Shown here: positions 17,992 through 24,495 of the stretch, in pieces | Position numbering within the stretch: position 1 is the first letter of the stretch | How the letters are laid out: the number at the start of each line of letters is the position of its first letter | Assembly: GCF_000010625.1 (NCBI RefSeq) | Contig: NC_010296.1 | Coordinates: forward strand, 4,260,001-4,292,000 | Direction of reading: 5' to 3' | Origin: Microcystis aeruginosa NIES-843 | GTDB lineage: Bacteria; Cyanobacteriota; Cyanobacteriia; Cyanobacteriales; Microcystaceae | DNA: 32,000 bases | Program-made: the position numbers and the translations under genes | Notes under the pieces: generated by a model | Told to the model about the DNA's origin: nothing | The model's database searches: none | The model's input: the letters and a program-made list of their open reading frames with translations, nothing else

Positions 17992-18450
17992 ATGATGACT
18001 TTAGCCAAGGTAAAAAATCTTTATGATCAAGATTTTGCTTTGTGGATAGAAGCAACCGTCAAACAATTAAAATCTGGGGATTTATCTCAGGTTGATTTAG
18101 AGAATTTGATCGAGGAGGTGGAGTCTTTGGGGAAAAGTCAACCCAAAGCGGTTGATAATTTTTTAACTCGTTTATTAGAACATTTATTAAAACGTTGTTA
18201 TGTGGTTCTTCCCGATTGTTATTGGGGGTGGGAAATTGAAATTAGAAATTTTCGCAAGGAGTTGAAGAAGGAATTTAAGTATTCTCCTAGTTTAAAAAGG
18301 TTTATGATCGAGATTTTAGAAGAATGTTATCGAGAAGCTTTAGAAGCGGTGAAAGAGGATTATCCGGACTCTAATTTTCCCGATGTTTGTCCCTTTGCTG
18401 AGGATATTGATGGTTTATTAAATCATAAGTTTTGGGAGTATGAAAAATAG
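17992..18450 (+). CDS. DUF29 domain protein
   Basis: Typical DUF29 pattern LYDQDFALWIE...LDLENLIEEVESLGKS...SPSL...ECPF-like ending. The true start is probably the second ATG (17995), by comparison with the paralog. Confidence 0.8.
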   Translation: MMTLAKVKNLYDQDFALWIEATVKQLKSGDLSQVDLENLIEEVESLGKSQPKAVDNFLTRLLEHLLKRCYVVLPDCYWGWEIEIRNFRKELKKEFKYSPSLKRFMIEILEECYREALEAVKEDYPDSNFPDVCPFAEDIDGLLNHKFWEYEK

Positions 18451-18458
18451 TTAAAACT

Positions 18459-19247
18459 CTAATCCTTGGGGGGAATTGCCATCACTTGATTATCATTAAC
18501 CACAATCAATTTACCGCCCAATTTTTCGATATTTTCCTTAGCTAACCTGCGGGTTTCTTCGTCTTGGCTATTTATCCAGACTAACATCCAAGCACCGACT
18601 CTAGGAGCGCGACTATCGGGATTAGTTTCTAAAAATTTTACTGTTCCCCTAGCGGATTTTTCGATAAATTTATTACCGGCAATTTTCGCCCAATCGGCGG
18701 CCATTTGATAGGATTTTTTCGCTGCGGGAATATCACCTAAAAATAATAGTTCATCCACTCCTTTATATAACCAAAGAAAATAGGCATCGGTGACATCAGG
18801 AGTGATTTTTGATAAACCTTTATTCATAATCTCAACGGTTCTTTCCGGTTTACCAGCATTCAGGGAAGAAGCGACAGACATCATCAAATAGGCGCGGACA
18901 AATTTGGGGTCATTTTTGGTGACAATTTCCATAAAATCGGGACTTAAACCGTAACCAGTTTCCCTACGAGCATCCACATCGCCATAGTATTGTATAAACT
19001 GCAACATTGACCAATTGGCTAACATATTGTCAAAGCCAAAGGAAGGTATATTTTTTAATAACTCAACCTGAGCATTTTCTAGGCGAGACTCTTGACGATA
19101 ATTTCTATCTAATAACTTTTCTTTGGTCAAGGTTTTCACCTTTTCCTGTTGCATTTCCACAATAGCTATGATTAGTCCACCGATGACGGCGACTAAACCA
19201 AGAGTTTTAAGTAAGGATAGATTGAGAGATTTTTTTGCACCTACCAT
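18459..19247 (-). CDS. Hypothetical protein with N-terminal membrane anchor
   Basis: 262-aa ORF with one N-terminal TM (LGLVAVIGGLIIAIV) and a helical soluble domain. No motif recognised. Confidence 0.55.
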   Translation of the reverse strand: MVGAKKSLNLSLLKTLGLVAVIGGLIIAIVEMQQEKVKTLTKEKLLDRNYRQESRLENAQVELLKNIPSFGFDNMLANWSMLQFIQYYGDVDARRETGYGLSPDFMEIVTKNDPKFVRAYLMMSVASSLNAGKPERTVEIMNKGLSKITPDVTDAYFLWLYKGVDELLFLGDIPAAKKSYQMAADWAKIAGNKFIEKSARGTVKFLETNPDSRAPRVGAWMLVWINSQDEETRRLAKENIEKLGGKLIVVNDNQVMAIPPKD

Positions 19248-19274
19248 AGCTTTAAATAAAAGTCAATAATCAGT

Positions 19275-19411
19275 GTAGGGTTAATTCATGAATTAACCCT
19301 ACCATCGCGGTTAATTCATGAATTAACCCTACGATGAATTAACCCTACGATGAATTAACCCTACGATGAATTAACCCTACGATGAATTAACCCTACGATG
19401 AATTAACCGAC
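19275..19411. repeat. 28-bp perfect palindrome followed by a half-palindrome and a 16-bp tandem array
   Basis: GTAGGGTTAATTCATGAATTAACCCTAC at 19275-19302. A second partial copy starts at 19309. GATGAATTAACCCTAC occurs 4 times at 19333-19396, plus one degenerate unit. Confidence 0.9.
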
Positions 19412-19477
19412 AAATCACGCCCTTCATAATTATAACCATTTACTTATCAACAAAAATAAAAGATTTTTGGGGTTATT

Positions 19478-19984
19478 TTAATTAATTTTAATGCCATTAA
19501 CACAGCTAAGAACACCGGCGGAATTACTGGTAGAAACATTATCTTCTAAAGGAGTTTCATCCTCGCAAACAATACCAGTATAGGCCCCGGCTGCCGTTTG
19601 TCCAGACGCTCCGGCATAATTTTTAATATCGTCAGCAAATGGAGTCAAAGCATCCAATTCATAGGCGACTCCAACAGGATTGCGAGTTCCTACTTCGCTG
19701 ATATTATAAAATGTTAGGGAAATAGTGGCAGCTTCCAGAGATAGTTCAGATAAAGTAGCAAAAGTCCCTTTTTCATAACGATAACCCTGTTGGGCGCGAT
19801 TGATTAATCCCAGTGCTGCGCGCGCTTCTGCTTGCCTACCTTTGGCGATTTGTCCTAAGAGACTCGGTAAACTGATGGCAGCGAGAACCCCCAATAAAAT
19901 CACCACTACTAACAATTCTATTAGAGTAAAACCCCTCGCTTTTTTTGCCTGTGATTTGATTGCTGAAAAAAGAAGGTATTTCAT
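19478..19984 (-). CDS. Type IV pilin (prepilin with G/FTLIE cleavage-methylation motif)
   Basis: From the ATG at 19984: MKYLLFSAIKSQAKKARG/FTLIELLVVVILLGVLAAISLPSLLGQIAKGRQAEA, with a C-terminal Cys pair (IVCED...LSCVNG). The 86 upstream codons in the track ORF are translated octamer repeats. Confidence 0.8.
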   Translation of the reverse strand: MKYLLFSAIKSQAKKARGFTLIELLVVVILLGVLAAISLPSLLGQIAKGRQAEARAALGLINRAQQGYRYEKGTFATLSELSLEAATISLTFYNISEVGTRNPVGVAYELDALTPFADDIKNYAGASGQTAAGAYTGIVCEDETPLEDNVSTSNSAGVLSCVNGIKIN

Positions 19985-20015
19985 GGTTAGGCCCTGGCAA
20001 TATTGACTATATTTT

Positions 20016-20252
20016 GGGTGTTGGGGTGTTGGGGTGGTCACTGCGTGCGCGTTGCGGGGGGTGTTGGGGTGTTCGGGTGTTCGGGTGTTCGGGTGTTGGG
20101 GTGTTCGGGTGTTGGGGTTTTGGGGTGTTCGGGTGTTGGGGTGTTCGGGTGTTGGGGTTTTAGTTGAAATTCCCCCACTTCCCCACTTCCCCACTTCCCC
20201 ACTTCCCCACTTCCCCACTTCCCCACTTCCCCACTTCCCCACTTCCCCACTT
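20016..20252. repeat. Octamer repeat tracts filling the inter-pilin spacer (GGTGTTSG units, 31-bp unique core, then CCCCACTT x10)
   Basis: CCCCACTT occurs 10 times at 20173-20252. GGTGTT(C/G)G units span about 20016-20160. The core at 20031-20061 is the reverse complement of 705-735. Confidence 0.9.
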
Positions 20253-20369
20253 CCCGAAAAAAATCAAAAGCGCAAGGTTTCCAAGAGAAAATTTCCCTGC
20301 CACCTTCCGCTAGAGTATCAATTGTTGGTTGTTATGCCAGAAAGCTTTTAGGCAATCTGGGAAGAATAT

Positions 20370-20894
20370 CTATCTGACCCGGGTACCAGTAGTGCAGGTA
20401 GCAGCAGTTGTTGCTGCTGCTACTCCAGCAGTAGGATGAGTTGCTTCACAGATGATTGATCTGAAAACACCAGCGGCGTCTTGAGATACCGCAGCAGAGT
20501 AGTCGCGAATATCGTCGTCGAAGGCGCCGATAGCTGAAGCATTAGTTAGAGCAGAAGTGGTACTGGTGGCGGTAGGTCCGGTATAATTATAGTATTGAGG
20601 TTCTATAGATACGGGCAAGTCGCCGGTACTTACACTGCCAGCAGCGGCAGTAAATAGTCCAAAATTTCCCTGTTCTAAGCGGTAAGCCTGTTGAGCGCGG
20701 TTAACGGTACCGAGGTGGGTGCGAGCTTCCGCTTGTCTGCCTTTGGCTATCTGACCGAGGAGGTTGGGGAGAGCGATGGCGGCGAGTACACCGATGATGA
20801 TAACGACAACTAGGAGTTCGATGAGGGTGAAACCTTTGTTACCGTTCTTTTTGTTGAGAGCTTGGATGAGTTTGAATTTGAAGGTGGAGTTCAT
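20370..20894 (-). CDS. Type IV pilin (prepilin), second paralog
   Basis: From the ATG at 20894: MNSTFKFKLIQALNKKNGNKG/FTLIELLVVVIIIGVLAAIALPNLLGQIAKGRQAEA, with a C-terminal Cys pair (IICEA...ATCTTG). Confidence 0.8.
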   Translation of the reverse strand: MNSTFKFKLIQALNKKNGNKGFTLIELLVVVIIIGVLAAIALPNLLGQIAKGRQAEARTHLGTVNRAQQAYRLEQGNFGLFTAAAGSVSTGDLPVSIEPQYYNYTGPTATSTTSALTNASAIGAFDDDIRDYSAAVSQDAAGVFRSIICEATHPTAGVAAATTAATCTTGTRVR

Positions 20895-21021
20895 GGGTAT
20901 ATCCTTTGGTAAGTGTTTTTTGTTCTCTATGAACAACTTACCCACCTCTTTCAGAAAACCTATCACTCTTGGGAAAAATTTTTTTTGGGGTGGTGGGGGA
21001 GGCTGTTTCTAGAAGCCACTT

Positions 21022-21476
21022 CTAGGGATTGGGGAAAAAACCGAAAAGTTTAGCGGCACCTCCCAAGACAGCAACCACCAAAGCTAAGCTAAACGGCTTT
21101 TACTTCGGATCACCGATATAGACTCCAAAAGGGTTATAGCTATTGGATCATGCAGGTTAAGCGCCGTTTAGCTTATCAAAATCCCCCGGTTGGTAAATTC
21201 CTGATAACCAACCCGTACCGTTAATCCCTCGATTTTCTCGTCTAATACTTTAATATCGCCTTTTAACTCTGCTTTGAGTTCGGCCTGTCCGATTTCTACT
21301 TTCGTCAACCGGTCCTCTACCTTGTCAAATCTCTCATCTACCTTGTCAAATCTCTCATTCATCCGCTTTTCAAGGGAGTCGATTTTCTCATCCATCCGTT
21401 TTTCAAGGGAGTCGATTTTACTCTCAATCCTAGTTAGGACAGCTTCTAGGGAATAGGTGACGGTTTCGTTGGACAT
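21022..21476 (-). pseudogene. Array copy A: small coiled-coil tail-anchored protein gene interrupted by a MITE
   Basis: The ORF stops at 21168 inside the insertion. Removing 21087-21173 plus one TA restores ...NRGILI-ALVVAVLGGAAKLFGFFPNP*, identical to the C-terminus of copies C-E. Confidence 0.8.
21087..21173. mobile_element. 87-bp MITE-like insertion with 11-bp perfect terminal inverted repeats and TA duplication
   Basis: AGCTAAACGGC (21087-21097) pairs with GCCGTTTAGCT (21163-21173). TA is at 21085-21086 and 21174-21175. The uninterrupted site in the paralogs reads GATAGCTTTGG on the coding (minus) strand. Confidence 0.8.
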
Positions 21477-21529
21477 TTGCTAAACTCCTAAAGTTATCAA
21501 TAGTTTTCGGGGTGTGAGACTAGAGAATT

Positions 21530-21859
21530 TTAGGGATTGTTACCGAGGAAAAGAATTCTGATAGCAACGGTGATAATTGCACCGATAGCGGCACTCATGG
21601 CACCGATAAGGATAGGGACAATCAGACCTCGAAAACCCTGTAGGTCAGAAATAGCCTTAACTAGAGTGTATTGCTCATTTTCTACTTTTTCTAGTCTTTT
21701 ATCCATCCCTTCGACTTTCTCAGTTAGTTTAGCTTGTCCTACCTTTAAATCATTTACATCTCTTTGCAAGGTGTCCATTTTCTGATTGACTTCCTTGATG
21801 CTGTCTTTAATTTCCTTAAGGACCGATTCTAGGGAATAAGTTACAGTTTCGTTAGACAT
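21530..21859 (-). CDS. Array copy B: small coiled-coil protein with C-terminal TM anchor (divergent paralog)
   Basis: It shares the N-terminus MSNETVTYSLESVLKEIKDSIKEVNQK with copies C-E, then diverges. The coiled-coil region ends in the TM LIVPILIGAMSAAIGAIITVAI and ...GNNP. Confidence 0.7.
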   Translation of the reverse strand: MSNETVTYSLESVLKEIKDSIKEVNQKMDTLQRDVNDLKVGQAKLTEKVEGMDKRLEKVENEQYTLVKAISDLQGFRGLIVPILIGAMSAAIGAIITVAIRILFLGNNP

Positions 21860-21910
21860 TTTGCTATACTCCTATAGATTTTCGGGTTTTTGATAGCCAT
21901 TTATTATAAG
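21860..21910 (-). promoter_or_regulatory. Putative RBS and -10 box of array copy B
   Basis: On the minus strand, AGGAG (21869-21873) lies 9 nt before the ATG and TATAAT is at 21903-21908. Confidence 0.35.
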
Positions 21911-21943
21911 CCTAAGGGCTGTAACCGTTTCTAGGAGACACTT

Positions 21944-22375
21944 TTAGGGATTGGGGAAAAAACCAAAAAGTTTAGCGGCACCTCCCAAGACAGCAACCAC
22001 CAAAGCTATCAGAATCCCCCGGTTGGTGAACTCCTGATAACCAACCCGTACCGTTAATCCCTCGATTTTCTCGTCTAATACTTTAATATCGCCTTTTAAC
22101 TCTCCCTTAAGTTCGGCCTGTCCGATTTCTACTTTGGTTAGCCGGTCTTCTACCTTGTCAAATCTCTCATCCATCCGTGTTTCAAGGGAGTCGATTTTCT
22201 GATTGACATCTTTTTGCAGGGTATCGATTTTCTGATTGACATCTTTTTGCAGGGTATCGATTTTCTGATTGACATCTTTTTGCAGGGTATCGATTTTCTG
22301 GTTGACTTCTTTGATGCTGTCTTTAATTTCCTTAAGGACTGATTCTAGGGAATAGGTGACAGTTTCGTTAGACAT
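21944..22375 (-). CDS. Array copy C: small coiled-coil tail-anchored protein, 143 aa, four 11-aa repeats
   Basis: NQKIDTLQKDV x3 plus NQKIDSLETRM, then a coiled coil and the C-terminal TM ILIALVVAVLGGAAKLFGFF-PNP. Confidence 0.75.
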   Translation of the reverse strand: MSNETVTYSLESVLKEIKDSIKEVNQKIDTLQKDVNQKIDTLQKDVNQKIDTLQKDVNQKIDSLETRMDERFDKVEDRLTKVEIGQAELKGELKGDIKVLDEKIEGLTVRVGYQEFTNRGILIALVVAVLGGAAKLFGFFPNP

Positions 22376-22428
22376 TTTGCTATACTCCTATGGGGTTTTC
22401 GGGTTTTTGAGCGGCCATTTATTATGAT
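22376..22428 (-). promoter_or_regulatory. Putative RBS and -10 box of array copy C
   Basis: On the minus strand, AGGAG is at 22385-22389 and CATAAT at 22421-22426. Confidence 0.3.
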
Positions 22429-22461
22429 CATAAGGCCTCTAGCCTTGCCTAGGAGCCACTT

Positions 22462-22893
22462 TTAGGGATTAGGAAAAAAACCAAAAAGTTTAGCAGCACC
22501 TCCCAAGACAGCAACCACCAAAGCTATCAGAATCCCCCGGTTGGTAAATTCCTGATAACCAACCCGTACCGTTAATCCCTCGATTTTCTCGTCTAATACT
22601 TTAATATTGCCTTTTAACTCTCCCTTAAGTTCGGCCTGTCCGATTTCTACTTTGGTGAGCCGGTCTTCTACCTTGTCAAATCTCTCATCCATCCGTGTTT
22701 CAAGGGAGTCGATTTTCTGATTGACATCTTTTTGCAGGGTATCGATTTTCTGATTGACATCTTTTTGCAGGGTATCGATTTTCTGATTGACATCTTTTTG
22801 CAGGGTATCGATTTTCTGGTTGACTTCTTTGATGCTGTCTTTAATTTCCTTAAGGACTGATTCTAGGGAATAGGTGACAGTTTCGTTAGACAT
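22462..22893 (-). CDS. Array copy D: as copy C, one amino-acid difference (D to N)
   Basis: The 143-aa product is identical to copy C except GDIKVL becomes GNIKVL. The cassette is offset 518 bp from C. Confidence 0.75.
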   Translation of the reverse strand: MSNETVTYSLESVLKEIKDSIKEVNQKIDTLQKDVNQKIDTLQKDVNQKIDTLQKDVNQKIDSLETRMDERFDKVEDRLTKVEIGQAELKGELKGNIKVLDEKIEGLTVRVGYQEFTNRGILIALVVAVLGGAAKLFGFFPNP

Positions 22894-22943
22894 TTGCTAG
22901 ACTCCTATAGATTTTTGAGTTTTTGATAGCCATTTCTTATAAT
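22894..22943 (-). promoter_or_regulatory. Putative RBS and -10 box of array copy D
   Basis: On the minus strand, AGGAG is at 22902-22906 and TATAAG at 22936-22941. Confidence 0.3.
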
Positions 22944-22976
22944 CCTAAGGCAAGTAATCGTTTCTAGGAGCCACTT

Positions 22977-23375
22977 TTAGGGATTAGGGAAAAAACCAAA
23001 AAGTTTAGCGGCACCTCCCAAGACAGCAACCACCAAAGCTATCAGAATCCCCCGGTTGGTGAACTCCTGATAACCAACCCGTACCGTTAATCCCTCGATT
23101 TTCTCGTCTAATACTTTAATATCTCCTTTTAACTCTCCCTTAAGTTCGGCCTGTCCGATTTCTACTTTGGTGAGCCGGTCTTCTACCTTGTCAAATCTCT
23201 CATCCATCCGTGTTTCAAGGGAGTCGATTTTTTGATTGACATCTTTTTGCAAGGTATCGATTTTCTGATTGACATCTTTTTGCAGGGTATCGATTTTCTG
23301 GTTGACTTCTTTGATGCTGTCTTTAATTTCCTTAAGGACTGATTCTAGGGAATAGGTGACAGTTTCGTTAGACAT
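22977..23375 (-). CDS. Array copy E: as copy C but lacking one 11-aa (33-bp) repeat, 132 aa
   Basis: The sequence equals copy C minus one NQKIDTLQKDV unit. Confidence 0.75.
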   Translation of the reverse strand: MSNETVTYSLESVLKEIKDSIKEVNQKIDTLQKDVNQKIDTLQKDVNQKIDSLETRMDERFDKVEDRLTKVEIGQAELKGELKGDIKVLDEKIEGLTVRVGYQEFTNRGILIALVVAVLGGAAKLFGFFPNP

Positions 23376-23426
23376 TTGCTAGACTCCTATAGATTTTCGG
23401 GTTTTTGAGCGGCCATTTATTATGAT
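23376..23426 (-). promoter_or_regulatory. Putative RBS and -10 box of array copy E
   Basis: On the minus strand, AGGAG is at 23384-23388 and CATAAT at 23419-23424. Confidence 0.3.
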
Positions 23427-23459
23427 CATAAGGCCTCTAGCCTTGCCTAGGAGCCACTT

Positions 23460-23601
23460 TTAGGGATTGGGAAAAAAACCAAAAAGTTTAGCAGCACCTC
23501 CCAAGACAGCGACCACCAAAGCTATCAGAATCCCCCGGTTGGTAAATTCCTGATAACCAACCCGTACCGTTAATCCCTCGACTTTCTCATCTAATACTTT
23601 A
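23460..23601 (-). pseudogene. Array copy F: 3' remnant only (about 46 C-terminal codons)
   Basis: Encodes ...LDEKVEGLTVRVGYQEFTNRGILIALVVAVLGGAAKLFGFFPNP*. Similarity to copies C-E stops at 23601. No start codon or 5' half is present. Confidence 0.8.
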
Positions 23602-24423
23602 ATCTTCTTGACAGGCTTCTTGGACAAGATGGACAACAATTGTCGGCTCGGCGGCGGAAGCCAGTAACATGGTAATAAGACTGCCTATTTCACCCTCTGC
23701 TCCCACCGCTAGGAGCTCCCCAACAAGTGCAGAGGTCAGAGGACATTGCTGCTCAACAAGAGCGATGGGAAGTTTCTCCCAAGGGTCAATTCCTTGGCGT
23801 TCTGCTGCCAGAATTCTCTTGAAGACCTCTTGAAGAGTCGTCTGGTCCTGAAGCGAAGGCATGAGTCGTACTACGGCGAGAGCGCAAACAGGTTTTTTGA
23901 GTGCCTCTAGCAACGCATAAGCAGCGTTGAAGGAACGAGTCTGGTGGTTTAATTCTCTTAAGGCTTCTATCATCAGCGTTCTAAACAACTCTTCATCACA
24001 TCGTTGAGCGACCAGTTCTTGGACCGCCCGCGCCCGTGCTAGGTTTTTTGAGGTGAACCAATCAGGGCATGAAGCCAGAAGCACTCGTACATCCTCAAAA
24101 TCAAGGATTCGTGGCGGCTTGAAGTAAGCGAGCAGCTCAGTTCGCAACAGTTCATCAGTAGCCGATGAGTAAACCCGCTCTCGCACAATCTCGACCAGTT
24201 GTTGTTGAATGCCCTCATCAGCGATCGCTAGAAGCTGAAGGTAGGCTTTGAGAGCAGCCGAATAATCGCCCTGTTTAAGCTGGTGCAAGAGGCACTCATA
24301 GCGATCTTGTTCTTTCTCGACCGGGTTTCCACTGCCCAAGGCATTGAGGTACACTTCCCTGTCCGAGTCAGTTTCAGCAAATCCCGCCAGCCGCTCAAAA
24401 ATTCTTCGAGAAAAACTTTCCAT
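23599..24423 (-). CDS. Hypothetical all-helical protein, no recognisable family
   Basis: 274-aa ORF. G+C in four hand-counted 60-nt lines was 33, 23, 30 and 31 (about 49% on average), above the neighbouring array. Its TAA stop (23599-23601) lies within the array-F remnant. Confidence 0.55.
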   Translation of the reverse strand: MESFSRRIFERLAGFAETDSDREVYLNALGSGNPVEKEQDRYECLLHQLKQGDYSAALKAYLQLLAIADEGIQQQLVEIVRERVYSSATDELLRTELLAYFKPPRILDFEDVRVLLASCPDWFTSKNLARARAVQELVAQRCDEELFRTLMIEALRELNHQTRSFNAAYALLEALKKPVCALAVVRLMPSLQDQTTLQEVFKRILAAERQGIDPWEKLPIALVEQQCPLTSALVGELLAVGAEGEIGSLITMLLASAAEPTIVVHLVQEACQED

Positions 24424-24461
24424 GATTAACTCTTTTTGCGCTCGTCTTCAAACCTCAAACT

Positions 24462-24495
24462 CAGTGAACTGATAACTGATCACTGATCACTGATT
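24462..24495. repeat. Heptamer tandem repeat (CTGATNA type, STRR-like)
   Basis: Read directly: cagtgaactgataactgatcactgatcactgatta. Confidence 0.85.

Noticed and set aside
19985-20351. N-terminal 86-codon extension of the pilin ORF, and ORFs 19960..20163, 20034..20351 and 20038..20250 (GKWGSGEV / GVLGCSGV repeats)
   Set aside because: All are read-throughs of octamer repeat tracts on either strand. A prepilin needs a short basic leader directly before G/FTLIE, which the internal ATG at 19984 provides.
3883-20894. Linking the glycosylation island functionally to the pilin genes (pilin O-glycosylation)
   Set aside because: The loci are about 7 kb apart and separated by unrelated housekeeping genes. 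Nothing in the sequence ties them together.
21022-23601. Interpreting the small-gene array as a phage lysis cassette (XhlA-holin-endolysin)
   Set aside because: No holin-like two- or three-TM gene, endolysin, or any phage structural or integrase gene is adjacent. Only the general coiled-coil plus TM architecture is shared.
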